A DNA stretch of 64,000 nucleotides. It comes from Oscillospiraceae bacterium. Lineage in GTDB: Bacteria; Bacillota; Clostridia; Oscillospirales; CAG-272. The DNA is taken from NCBI GenBank assembly GCA_015065215.1, contig SVQT01000003.1, forward strand, positions 28,249 through 92,248, written 5' to 3'. Below the pieces are notes generated by a model. That model was given only the letters and a program-made list of their open reading frames with translations. It did no database searches and was not told the origin of the DNA. The first letter of the stretch is position 1; every line of letters begins with the position of its first letter. Of the stretch, positions 29,455 through 38,746 are shown piece by piece. Both the position numbers and the translations under genes were made by a program.

Positions 29455-30357
29455 ATGGAAGAATTTGCGCGTAGCGATCTTGCCGCCGAGTGCGGCGGAG
29501 AGCGTGAGGGAGAGGGAATTCGGGTCAGAAAAAGCGAGAGCGGCGGCTGCCGCATTCTGCAAGTGCAGGTGCGCAGCAGTGAGGCGGCAAAACGGATCGG
29601 TAAGCCTGAAGGGTGCTATGTCACGCTGGATTGCGGTAACATCCGCATGTTAGAAGAGAATGAATTTGACCGCGTGCGGTGCGCCCTTTCAGTAGAGATC
29701 AGGGAGATGGCGGAGCGGATGTGCGGCAAACGGGTTGGCGGACAGTTTTCGGTTCTGGTAGCGGGTCTTGGTAACGCGGAAATCACTGCTGATGCCATTG
29801 GGCCTGAGACGGTACGCCGTATGGCGGTTACACGGCATTTGCGGCGCTTGGATCACGCCCTGTTTTCCACGGTTGGGCTTTGTGAAATTTCGGCGCTTGT
29901 CCCCGGCGTTTTGGGACAAACCGGATTGGAAACGGTAGAGCTGGTGCGGGGGGCGGTGAAGGCGGCTTCGCCAGATTTGGTTGTGGCGGTGGACGCGCTT
30001 GCCTCTCGCTCAGTAGAGCGGTTGGCAACGACGGTGCAACTATCGGATACCGGCATTCACCCGGGCTCCGGCATCGGTAACAGCCGCAAGGCTCTGAATG
30101 CCGAAACGGTGGGTGTGCCGGTAATGGCGTTGGGTGTACCTACGGTTGTGGATTCTTCTACCTTGGTATATGACGCGTTGCGTCGCGCAGGGTATGAGCC
30201 GCAGTATTTTTCGGGGGAGCTGCATCAAGCCTTAAAAGAGGGGAAGAATTTCTTTGTTTCCCCGAAAGAAATTGACCTGCTGGTCTCCTCGGTGGCGGTG
30301 CTGCTGGCGGGCGCATTGGAAAAGGCATTCACCGTTCGGGACGGCGAATTTTCCTAA
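29455..30357 (+). CDS. gpr: Germination protease (GPR endopeptidase)
   Basis: RSDLAAE propeptide site, GLGNAEITADAIGP, PGVLGQTGLE, AVDALA, DTGIHPGSGIGNSR, GVPTVVD motifs. Confidence 0.95.
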   Translation: MEEFARSDLAAECGGEREGEGIRVRKSESGGCRILQVQVRSSEAAKRIGKPEGCYVTLDCGNIRMLEENEFDRVRCALSVEIREMAERMCGKRVGGQFSVLVAGLGNAEITADAIGPETVRRMAVTRHLRRLDHALFSTVGLCEISALVPGVLGQTGLETVELVRGAVKAASPDLVVAVDALASRSVERLATTVQLSDTGIHPGSGIGNSRKALNAETVGVPVMALGVPTVVDSSTLVYDALRRAGYEPQYFSGELHQALKEGKNFFVSPKEIDLLVSSVAVLLAGALEKAFTVRDGEFS

Positions 30358-30443
30358 AAAGCTCCCTAACGGTATGAATTTTTGCGAAAAAGTATGATGC
30401 TCTATGATTGTTACGGGTACTTCCTGCTAAGGTGTATGCGCGC

Positions 30444-30489
30444 AAACAATAACGGGCGCCGATGTAAAAACAGCGGCGCCCGTTATTGT
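30444..30489. terminator. Bidirectional terminator/hairpin between gpr and the RHH gene
   Basis: AACAATAACGGGCGCCG...CGGCGCCCGTTATTGTT. Confidence 0.7.
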
Positions 30490-30656
30490 TTGCCCTTGTC
30501 ATTATCAAGACTGTTAAGAGCATATTCACAGCATTGAATGATGAGATTGTTCAATGATACTTGCTTTGCTTGAGCCAAAATCTCAAGTTGCTTCACAAGA
30601 TCAACGGGCATACGAAAGGTTTTATTGATGTATTCCGTTTTTTTCACTTCAAACAA
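30483..30656 (-). CDS. Small ribbon-helix-helix (Arc/HicB-C-like) DNA-binding protein
   Basis: AAGGAGTGA RBS, TTG start. (M)FEVKKTEYINKTFRMPVDLVKQLEILAQAKQVSLNNLIIQCCEYAL has the RHH pattern of beta strand KTFRMP then two helices. Confidence 0.8.
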   Translation of the reverse strand: MFEVKKTEYINKTFRMPVDLVKQLEILAQAKQVSLNNLIIQCCEYALNSLDNDKGKQ

Positions 30657-30757
30657 ATGGATCACTCCTTGCGTTTTATTTGACTCTATTGTACACAATT
30701 TTCACAAGAATAAATACACTATATTTTTACACTTTAATAATATGGTGTAAATTGCAA

Positions 30758-30786
30758 TTGACAACAAGACAAAGATGTGATAAAAT
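30758..30786 (+). promoter_or_regulatory. Near-consensus sigma-A promoter driving the AbrB-fragment ORF
   Basis: TTGACA-N17-TAAAAT with extended -10 TGn. Confidence 0.75.
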
Positions 30787-30815
30787 CAGCAAAAAAGCAA
30801 GGAAAGGAATGGATT

Positions 30816-30869
30816 ATGAAAGAGCCCAAGCTTGATAAACTGGGACGCGCGGTGATTCCTGTTACATAG
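30816..30869 (+). pseudogene. 17-codon AbrB-family N-terminal fragment (pseudogene or micropeptide)
   Basis: AAGGA RBS. MKEPKLDKLGRAVIPVT* contains the AbrB motif D-x-L-G-R-x-x-I-P. Confidence 0.65.
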
Positions 30870-30910
30870 CAAAACCCCGTCAAACGGTGTGCGTTTGACG
30901 GGGTTTTGCT
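30868..30910. terminator. Bidirectional terminator
   Basis: AGCAAAACCCCGTCAAACG-gtgtg-CGTTTGACGGGGTTTTGCT. Confidence 0.8.
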
Positions 30911-32091
30911 TATGCTTCCTGTTGCAGGGTTTTGACAAATTTTTCAATGCGGGAAAGTGCCTCGGTAATGTGCTTGACCGAGTAGGCATAGGATATGCGG
31001 GCAAAGCCCTCACCGCCCTGACCGAACGCGGTGCCCGGCACAATGGCGCAACGCTGCTCGTAAAGCAAGCGGTTGCAAAACTCATCGCTGGAAAGTCCGA
31101 ATTTGCGAAGATCAGGGAAGATGTAGAAAGCGCCCTCCGGCTCAAAGGAATCAATGCCAATTTTTTTCAGGCCCTCATAGATGTAACGGCGGCGGCGGTT
31201 GTATTCTTCTACCATCATCTGAATATCCTCGTCGCCGTTGCGCAATGCTTCCACAGCCGCTAACTGACTGGTGGTGGGCGCGCACATGATGGCGTATTGA
31301 TGGATTTTCAGCATTTGCTCGGTAATAGGATCGGGCGCGGCAAGAAATCCCAGTCGCCAACCGGTCATGGCGTAGGCTTTTGAAAAGCCGTTGACCAAAA
31401 TAGTCCGCTCCCACATACCATCCAGTGTGGCGATCGAGGTGTGATTTTGACCGTAGGTCATTTCCGCGTAGATTTCATCTGCCAGAATGACGATGTTGGT
31501 ATCACGCACAAGGGCGGCGAGCTCTTCTAATTCCGATTTGGTGAGAATGGCGCCTGTGGGATTGTTGGGGAAAGGCAGTACCAGCATTTTGGTGCGGGGG
31601 GTCATGGCGGCCTTCAGTGCCTTGGGGGTTAATTTGAATTTTTCTTCAAACTTTGTTTCCACAATGACAGGGACACCGCCCATCATGCGCACAATGGGCT
31701 CGTAGCATACAAAAGAGGGGGTGGGAATGATCACCTCGTCCCCGGCCTCAATCACGGCACGGATGGCCAGATCAATGGCCTCACTGCCACCTACCGTTAC
31801 AATGGTCTGGCTTGGTTTATAGCGCAAAGAAAAGCGGCGCTCCAGATAACGGGAAATTTCTAACTGTAGCTCGGTAAAGCCGGCGTTGGGGGAATAGTAG
31901 GTCTTACCTTTTTGCAGGCTTTCGATCCCCGCTTCACGGATGTGCCAGGGGGTTACAAAATCGGGTTGGCCGACGGTAAGCCCCACCACATCCTTCATGC
32001 TTTCGTCGTTGAGCAGATCAAAGAACTTCCGAATGCCGGATTTTTTTAGATCCACAACTGTTTTTGAAAGAACAGAACTATAATCTATCAT
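30910..32091 (-). CDS. PLP-dependent aminotransferase class I/II (AlaT/YugH-like)
   Basis: GQPDF, PNNPTG, DEIY and FSKAYAMTGWRLG motifs. Start overlaps the Lrp stop (TGATG). Confidence 0.93.
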   Translation of the reverse strand: MIDYSSVLSKTVVDLKKSGIRKFFDLLNDESMKDVVGLTVGQPDFVTPWHIREAGIESLQKGKTYYSPNAGFTELQLEISRYLERRFSLRYKPSQTIVTVGGSEAIDLAIRAVIEAGDEVIIPTPSFVCYEPIVRMMGGVPVIVETKFEEKFKLTPKALKAAMTPRTKMLVLPFPNNPTGAILTKSELEELAALVRDTNIVILADEIYAEMTYGQNHTSIATLDGMWERTILVNGFSKAYAMTGWRLGFLAAPDPITEQMLKIHQYAIMCAPTTSQLAAVEALRNGDEDIQMMVEEYNRRRRYIYEGLKKIGIDSFEPEGAFYIFPDLRKFGLSSDEFCNRLLYEQRCAIVPGTAFGQGGEGFARISYAYSVKHITEALSRIEKFVKTLQQEA

Positions 32092-32567
32092 CAGTTGCAA
32101 TTTCCTCTCTCATCTACGTCTACCACGCCGTAGATAACACCTTTGTCCTTGTATTTGCGCAATACGAAGTGAGTGGCGGTGGAAATGACGTCCTCGATGG
32201 GTGCCAATTTCTGTGCCACGAAATAGGCGACCTCTTTCATCGTTTTGCCCTCGATCTGCACGGCAAGATCATAACCGCCGGACATGAGGTAAAGGCTTTG
32301 TACTTCGGGGTAACTGTAGATGCGCTCGGCAACGCGGTCAAAGCCACGGTCGCGCTGAGGGGTGATTTTGACCTCAATCAGAGCGCTGACATACTCGCGG
32401 TCGGTTTTGTCCCAGTCGATCATGGTTTTATAGCCCAAAATGATGCCATCCTGCTCATATTGCTTGATGAGCTTTTTGATGTCACCGACCTCCTTTTTGC
32501 ACATAACGGCAAGCTGCTCGTGGGTCAGATTCGCGTTATCTTCCAATAGCTTCAAAATGGTATCCAT
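32091..32567 (-). CDS. Lrp/AsnC-family transcriptional regulator (AlaR/YugG-like)
   Basis: N-terminal HTH, YLMSGGYDL and ATHFVLRKYK motifs. Confidence 0.92.
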   Translation of the reverse strand: MDTILKLLEDNANLTHEQLAVMCKKEVGDIKKLIKQYEQDGIILGYKTMIDWDKTDREYVSALIEVKITPQRDRGFDRVAERIYSYPEVQSLYLMSGGYDLAVQIEGKTMKEVAYFVAQKLAPIEDVISTATHFVLRKYKDKGVIYGVVDVDERGNCN

Positions 32568-32581
32568 TGCTTTTTCTCCGA

Positions 32582-34186
32582 TCATTTCAATTTTTTTACG
32601 ATATTATCGTAGGTAAGGCCGTATTTTTCGGCAATGTCGCGGGCGTAGCTCTTGCCGTCGGGCTTGGTTCGCGTGATGCAGAAGGAACGGCGGCCTTCCT
32701 CCTCAATGCCTGCTACCAGCGTGTCAATGGGGGCTCCCCCCGCCACTTGGGTGCGTGCGTTGATATTGTCGATTTCGGCGGCGAGCTCGTGCAAGTGGGT
32801 CGAGAAGATACAACGGCAGCCCACACGGGAAAGGCCGGAAAGCACTTCCGCCGCGATATAGGAGGCTTCATAGGAGCCGGTTGAGGAAAGCGACTCGTCC
32901 AGCAAAACCAGGCTCTGTTCTGAAATTTTATCAAAAATTTCGCCAAGGCGGGCACATTCTTCCCCGAGGCGGCCCTTGTCAATGGTGTCGTCGGCGCCGG
33001 TGGGAAAGTGGGTAAAGATGGCATCAACCGGGCTGAGCGTTACCTTTTCGGCTGGCACAAACAAGCCAAGCTGTGCCATGGCCTGGCAAAGTCCGCAGGC
33101 ACAGGTAATGACTGATTTGCCGCCGCGATTGGGGCCGGTCAGCACATAAATGGTGGCGTTTTCATCGAAAACGAGATCGTTGGTGACAATGGGGTCGTTG
33201 ATCTTTAAGGCCACCTCAGGATTATAAAGCCCCACGGCGCGGAAGGTTCGGTCTGCGGGGGGCAGGATCTCAGGGATCGAGATGGTGTTGCCCTTGATTT
33301 TTAGCGCGCGCATCAAATTGGTACCCTTGAGCAACAGCTCAAACTCAGGTAACAGATGCAGCAGGAAATCGGTGTTTTCCAATACATACGTTTGCACGAT
33401 CTTCTTCCAGGAACGGAGCGATTGACGGTAGACCTCGTTGATGGCAGAATTGAAAGCCAGCGAAAGTGCCGTTTTTTGATTTTCGCTTTGCTTTTTGCCA
33501 AAAGGCGTCAGGTCCGCGATACAAGTATATTGATCGTCCTTAAAATTCAGTCGCAGAATTTTGTGCAAGGTGTCACCGGGGCGGAAATATTCGGGGTTGA
33601 TCGAAAGAACGCCCGCATCCTTGGGGCGCAGCTGCGCGTCAAGGTTGACGCCGACGGTTACGCTTCGGATTTCGCGCACGCGGTTGGTCAGCTCCTCCAG
33701 GCGCTGGTTGAGCTCGGCGTAATATTCGCTTTCCACCAATTCGGCGATGTATCGGGAAAGTCTTGTAAAGGCGGAGCTGTCGTAGGTTTTGCCGCCAAGT
33801 CCCTCGTGCAGAATGTCGATGCTGGAAATATACAGCTCGATTTCGGTCATGCTGGAAAGATAATCGGTGGTGTCGCCGCTGTCGTTTTCCAGACGGCGGA
33901 GCTCCATGATGTCAAACAGTACAGGCATTAGCTTTCCAAGCGTTTTGCCGATCTCTTCGTGGGCAAGCAGATCTGAAAAGACCTCTTGGCGATAGCGGAT
34001 GACGGCAGGATCGGTGGTCAGATGCTCTGAGATTTTGGTATTTTTCAAGGGGAGGACAGTGGGCAGCCCCAGCTCCTCCAGAGTGAATTCGTCAACCAGA
34101 GGAACAGCCGTTCCCGCGTGGTGGGCACGTTTTGTTTCAGGTGTGGGGTAGAGCAGACTGAATTCGTTAAAGTTCGGTTGCGACAT
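32582..34186 (-). CDS. MutS-related protein (domain V ATPase only; no mismatch-binding or Smr domain)
   Basis: TGPNRGGKS (Walker A), GRLGEEC, LLDESLSST (Walker B), STHLHEL, GKSYARDIAEKYG motifs. Confidence 0.88.
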   Translation of the reverse strand: MSQPNFNEFSLLYPTPETKRAHHAGTAVPLVDEFTLEELGLPTVLPLKNTKISEHLTTDPAVIRYRQEVFSDLLAHEEIGKTLGKLMPVLFDIMELRRLENDSGDTTDYLSSMTEIELYISSIDILHEGLGGKTYDSSAFTRLSRYIAELVESEYYAELNQRLEELTNRVREIRSVTVGVNLDAQLRPKDAGVLSINPEYFRPGDTLHKILRLNFKDDQYTCIADLTPFGKKQSENQKTALSLAFNSAINEVYRQSLRSWKKIVQTYVLENTDFLLHLLPEFELLLKGTNLMRALKIKGNTISIPEILPPADRTFRAVGLYNPEVALKINDPIVTNDLVFDENATIYVLTGPNRGGKSVITCACGLCQAMAQLGLFVPAEKVTLSPVDAIFTHFPTGADDTIDKGRLGEECARLGEIFDKISEQSLVLLDESLSSTGSYEASYIAAEVLSGLSRVGCRCIFSTHLHELAAEIDNINARTQVAGGAPIDTLVAGIEEEGRRSFCITRTKPDGKSYARDIAEKYGLTYDNIVKKLK

Positions 34187-35039
34187 ATCGTTCTCCTTTC
34201 GGAATGGGCAGGGTAATCAGACCGTTTGCGGTAGGAAAGGCCAGCTCGGTGAAGCCGCAATCCAACAGCGACTCGGCGGCGGAGTTAAAATGTTGGGCGA
34301 TGGCGTTGGGTGTATGGGCGTCTGAGCCCAGCGTGATCAGCCTGCCGCCGCAACTGTGATAAAGAGCCAGGAGCTCTTTGGTTGGCATGGTAATGCCCCT
34401 TTTGCCGACGGTGGAGGTGTTCAGTTCCAGCGCGATGCCCTTTTGTATCATTTTTTGAAAAAGAGCGGTCAGCTCTGGGAAAAATGGCTTAAAATCAAGC
34501 GTTTTACCTACTTGCAGCACATAGCGGTGCATATAGGTCAGATGAGCGAGCACATGTATGCCAGGAAAATCCAGCAGCTGCGCGCTCTCGTCTAAAACCC
34601 GGTGGAAAAGCGACGTGATCTCCGCGTCTGAGGCATCTGCCAGCTGTATGGCCGAAATTTCTGCGTCTTTGTGGCTCATATAGTAAAAATCCGGCGTATT
34701 GGCCAAATTGTGCAGTGAGCCGAGCACAATGTCGTAAGGGTAACGTGACAGTAACGCGGCGGCTTCTCGTGGATACTGCGTGGCTTGCCCAAGCTCTATG
34801 CCAAAGAGCAGCTGCAATCGGTTAGCATATTTCTTTTTGGCCGCTTCAATAGCCCGAAAAACAGCTTCTTTATCCAGTATGGCATAGATCCCCTCTATTT
34901 CGCCGTTGATGTCGCAGTGATCGGTGATCGCAAGAAGGCCGATCCCTTTGGCAATGGCACTTTCGCACATGGCGTCTACCGTTGCCGCGGGGGCCCCGTC
35001 AAAGGAAAACAGCGTATGGGTGTGAAGATCGGCGCGCAT
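34167..35039 (-). CDS. PHP-domain phosphatase, histidinol-phosphatase HisJ family
   Basis: DLHTHT, ITDHCD, GIELG, GSLH, LAHL, ELNTS, GSDAH motifs. Confidence 0.88.
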   Translation of the reverse strand: MRADLHTHTLFSFDGAPAATVDAMCESAIAKGIGLLAITDHCDINGEIEGIYAILDKEAVFRAIEAAKKKYANRLQLLFGIELGQATQYPREAAALLSRYPYDIVLGSLHNLANTPDFYYMSHKDAEISAIQLADASDAEITSLFHRVLDESAQLLDFPGIHVLAHLTYMHRYVLQVGKTLDFKPFFPELTALFQKMIQKGIALELNTSTVGKRGITMPTKELLALYHSCGGRLITLGSDAHTPNAIAQHFNSAAESLLDCGFTELAFPTANGLITLPIPKGERYVATEL

Positions 35040-35208
35040 ATTGTTTTCCTCCTACAGATAATAGATAATTCATTATATCATAACGCAAGGAAAAAAGCAA
35101 ATATTTTATTTCACATATTGCAAAATTGTTTTTATTTTCAAAATTGACTTGTCAAAAAAGGCGGATTGTGATAGAATGCAGATAGTAAATTTGAGGAGGA
35201 TACTGCCA

Positions 35209-36615
35209 ATGCGAACCTTTATGGATCAGGATTTTTTGTTGCGCACCGAAACAGCGCGGCATCTGTACCATGACTATGCTGCCAAGCAGCCGATTATCGA
35301 TTATCACTGCCACCTCTCACCAAAGGAGATTGCGGAGGATAAGCGCTATAACAATATCACCGAGGTGTGGCTTTACGGCGACCATTATAAGTGGCGCGCC
35401 ATGCGTTCCTGCGGTGTTTCGGAAAAATTTATCACCGGCGAGGCCTCGGATTATGAAAAATTTCGCGCCTACTGCGGCTGTATGCCAAAGCTGGCCGGCA
35501 ATCCTCTTTACCACTGGAGCCATCTGGAGCTTCGCCGTTTCTTTGATTGCGATCTGATTTTGAACGAGGAGAACTGTGATGCCATCTGGAAGATGACCGC
35601 CGAGAAACTGGCCGACAGCAAGATGAGCGCCCGTAACCTGATCGTTCATTCCGGGGTAGAGATGGTTGGTACCACCGACGATCCCGCCGACAGCCTGGAA
35701 TACCACGCTCAATTGCAAAAAGAGGGCTTTGCTACTTTGGTTGCGCCGTCCTTCCGCCCCGATAAAGGTCTTGCCATCGGCCGGCAGGGGATTAAGGATT
35801 ACATGGTTGCCCTTGGTAAGGCAAACGGCGTTGAGATCACCGATTATTACACGCTCTTAGAGGCCTATCGGGTAGCGCTGGATCGTTTTCAGGCTCTCGG
35901 CTGCCGTGCCGCCGATCACGCCCTTGATAATTTCCGCTTTGTTGCCCCTGATGAATTCCATGCCAAAGAGATTTTTGCCCGTGCGCTGGACAGTGACGGC
36001 AAGAATGTAGAGCCGGAGGAGGTCAAGCTGTTTGTTTGCCAGATGCTCCGCTTCTTCGGTCAGGAGTATGTTCGCCGCGGTATGGTGATGCAATTGCACT
36101 TTGGCGTTTACCGCAATCCCAACAACCGTATGCTGCGCCGCCTTGGTCCGGATACCGGTTATGATATTATTCATGGCGCCAATAACACCGCCGAGTTTGC
36201 TGATCTGCTCAACTACCTTGACGGCTGCGAGGGCTTGCCCCGTACCATTCTATATTCGCTAAATGGCGCGGATAACGACGCCGTCGCCACCCTTTGCGGC
36301 GCCTTCACCGGCAATGAGAGCGGTGCCCCCCGTGTGGTGCAGGGCAGCGCCTGGTGGTTCCAGGACCGTCTGGACGGTATGCGTGAGCAAATGCGTTCTT
36401 TTGCCGGGCTTGCCTCGATCGGCAACTTCCTTGGTATGCTGACCGATTCCCGCAGCTTCTTATCCTATCCTCGTCACGAATACTTCCGCCGCATCTTCTG
36501 CGATCTTGTGGGCGATTGGGTAGAAAACGGCGAGTTCCCCTACGATGAAAAGGCGCTGAAAGCGCTGGTAGAGGGCGTTAGCTACCAAAATGCCAAGCGT
36601 TACTTCGATCTTTGA
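35209..36615 (+). CDS. uxaC: Glucuronate isomerase
   Basis: IIDYHCHL, DHYKWRAMR, GNPLYHWSHLEL, TTDDP, AWWF, LTDSRSFLSYPRHEYFRR motifs. Confidence 0.97.
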   Translation: MRTFMDQDFLLRTETARHLYHDYAAKQPIIDYHCHLSPKEIAEDKRYNNITEVWLYGDHYKWRAMRSCGVSEKFITGEASDYEKFRAYCGCMPKLAGNPLYHWSHLELRRFFDCDLILNEENCDAIWKMTAEKLADSKMSARNLIVHSGVEMVGTTDDPADSLEYHAQLQKEGFATLVAPSFRPDKGLAIGRQGIKDYMVALGKANGVEITDYYTLLEAYRVALDRFQALGCRAADHALDNFRFVAPDEFHAKEIFARALDSDGKNVEPEEVKLFVCQMLRFFGQEYVRRGMVMQLHFGVYRNPNNRMLRRLGPDTGYDIIHGANNTAEFADLLNYLDGCEGLPRTILYSLNGADNDAVATLCGAFTGNESGAPRVVQGSAWWFQDRLDGMREQMRSFAGLASIGNFLGMLTDSRSFLSYPRHEYFRRIFCDLVGDWVENGEFPYDEKALKALVEGVSYQNAKRYFDL

Positions 36616-36673
36616 TAACAAAGCGCATACTGCCGCGGCGGTATGCGCTTTTCCAAAAAGAGGGGTGTACAAG

Positions 36674-37708
36674 ATGAAAAATTGGCAAAAAAACGCAAAC
36701 GGGTACGGATTTTTGCTGGAAATGCCTGCCGATCGCCCTTTGCGCGCGCTACAGCTGACCGACATGCAAACCATTGACCTCACACATATTCGCAACGCAA
36801 CCAGAGATCGGCAGATCAAGGGAGCCTATTTTAAAAATGGCGTGTGGGGAATGGAGGAGCGTACCTACGCCCACGTGCGGGCACTGGTCAAAAAGGTACA
36901 ACCGGATCTGATTCTGCTGACCGGTGACAATGTATACGGTGAGTTTGACGATGCTGGGCTGATGATGCGAGAGCTGATCGCGCTGTTTGAAGAAATCGCT
37001 ATACCCTGGGCGCCTGTTTTTGGAAATCATGATAACGAATCCCGTATGGGGGTTAATTGGCAATGCGAGCAGCTGAAAAACGCCCCTCATTGCCTCTTTG
37101 ATCGGGGGCATGTGACCGGTAACTCCAATTATGCTGTTTACCTGACCCGAGAGGGCAAACCGTGCTTTGCTTTGGCTATGATGGATAGCAACGGTTGTCA
37201 TGAGGTAGGTAATCCCGCGGCACCGGAGGAAGGGATTACGCCAGACAATATCGATTATGATTTAGTTGAGCACAAAGAGGGAATTTATCCGGATCAAATC
37301 GCTTGGTATCGGCAAGCGGTCCATGATTTGCCCAATGCTGTCTTTTTGCATATCCAACCGCGTGCATATTTGGATGCGATCACAGAAAAATATCATTATC
37401 AATTTGGTACTGATCTGGCAACCGATCAAGACGGCGATAGGGGCGAGTATGCAGAGCATATGCGCCCAGAGCGTTTTTGTGATCAAAGCGGCGACTTCTT
37501 TCGCTGTGCGAAAGAGAGCGCTTGCCGCGCCATCTTTGCGGGGCATCAACACAACAATAACAGCATTATTGGCTGGCAGGGTGTGCAGCTTGGATATGGC
37601 CTGAAAACAGGATTTTGCACCTATTGGCGCAAAGGCTCAACCGGTGGAACATTGCATGAGATCTCTGCCGACGGCAGGTTTGTCAGCACGCATATTTATC
37701 GCGTATGA
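36674..37708 (+). CDS. Calcineurin-like metallophosphoesterase (Dcr2/purple-acid-phosphatase-like)
   Basis: LTDMQ, LTGDNV, FGNHD, GHQHNN motifs. Confidence 0.85.
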   Translation: MKNWQKNANGYGFLLEMPADRPLRALQLTDMQTIDLTHIRNATRDRQIKGAYFKNGVWGMEERTYAHVRALVKKVQPDLILLTGDNVYGEFDDAGLMMRELIALFEEIAIPWAPVFGNHDNESRMGVNWQCEQLKNAPHCLFDRGHVTGNSNYAVYLTREGKPCFALAMMDSNGCHEVGNPAAPEEGITPDNIDYDLVEHKEGIYPDQIAWYRQAVHDLPNAVFLHIQPRAYLDAITEKYHYQFGTDLATDQDGDRGEYAEHMRPERFCDQSGDFFRCAKESACRAIFAGHQHNNNSIIGWQGVQLGYGLKTGFCTYWRKGSTGGTLHEISADGRFVSTHIYRV

Positions 37709-37721
37709 CCCCAAACGGTAT

Positions 37722-37761
37722 CGAAAGCCGCCGCATTTCAAGTGAAATGCGGCGGCTTTCG
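37722..37761. terminator. Bidirectional terminator
   Basis: CGAAAGCCGCCGCATTTCA-ag-TGAAATGCGGCGGCTTTCG. Confidence 0.75.
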
Positions 37762-37764
37762 CGC

Positions 37765-38676
37765 TCAGACGTTAAAATATTTGATCGCTTTAATGGCGGT
37801 GCCGTTCTCATATTCCCGCACCTCGCCGAGGGCGAAAAAGCTGCCTGCGGCATCGCAAAGCCGCACACGGGTGCCGACAGGGAGGTCGGTTCCGAGCTTT
37901 TTTAGATAGATCTCACAGCCACAGCGGCAGAGCCGCTCGTAAAAAGCGGGGAGCTTGACGGTACTCAAATCTTCAAATAGGCTTTCAATGGGACGGAGTA
38001 GGGCGATGCGCTCCGCATCGCTCATTGCCTCCAACTGCGCGGGAGTTACGGCATTCTCCAGCGAAAATTCACCGGAATGGGTGCGGCGCAGGGCGGACAT
38101 AGCACCGCCGCAACCCAGAGTCTTGCCGATGTCGGCGCAAAGGGTGCGGATATAAGTGCCCGCTGAGCAAGTCACGTCCAGCGCGTAGTCGCCATTCTCA
38201 AGAGGGGTGCAGGAAACAGAATGTACTGTAACGGGGCGTGCTTTTCGTTCTATTTCAATGCCCTTGCGTGCCAGATCCACCAACTTTTGCCCATCAACCT
38301 TCAAGGCGCTGTACATAGGCGGCGTCTGTAAAATCTCGCCCTCAAAGGTCTTTGCGACAGCGATCACCTCGGCACAGGCGGGGAGCGTGTCGCTTTTTGT
38401 CAGAATTTGTCCGGTGACATCCTCGGTATCGGTGGTGATGCCAAGACGCAAAGAAGCCCGGTAGGATTTTTTCTTAACAGTGAGGTATTCCGCAGCCTTT
38501 GCCGCCCGCCCGATCAAGATCACCAGCACGCCGGTGGCCATCGGATCCAAAGTGCCGGTGTGCCCCACCTTGCGGGTGTGATAGAGCTTGCGTATTTTAG
38601 CGACCACGTCATGCGAGGTGATGCCTTGCGGCTTGTCTACCACCAATACACCGCAGGGTTCAAAATTTTCTTCCAT
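37765..38676 (-). CDS. truB: tRNA pseudouridine(55) synthase
   Basis: KVGHTGTLDPMATG, PPMYSALK, CSAGTYIRTL motifs. Confidence 0.97.
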   Translation of the reverse strand: MEENFEPCGVLVVDKPQGITSHDVVAKIRKLYHTRKVGHTGTLDPMATGVLVILIGRAAKAAEYLTVKKKSYRASLRLGITTDTEDVTGQILTKSDTLPACAEVIAVAKTFEGEILQTPPMYSALKVDGQKLVDLARKGIEIERKARPVTVHSVSCTPLENGDYALDVTCSAGTYIRTLCADIGKTLGCGGAMSALRRTHSGEFSLENAVTPAQLEAMSDAERIALLRPIESLFEDLSTVKLPAFYERLCRCGCEIYLKKLGTDLPVGTRVRLCDAAGSFFALGEVREYENGTAIKAIKYFNV

Positions 38677-38746
38677 AAAGATCTCCATTGGTAAAAGCCG
38701 CAAAAATACGGGAAATCTCGTACCGTTTGCGGCTTTTTTGTTTGTT

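Noticed and set aside
30483-30656. Type II toxin-antitoxin module (RHH or AbrB/MazE antitoxin)
   Set aside because: No adjacent co-oriented toxin ORF here or at 4963-5187. The AbrB copies look like transition-state-regulator types.
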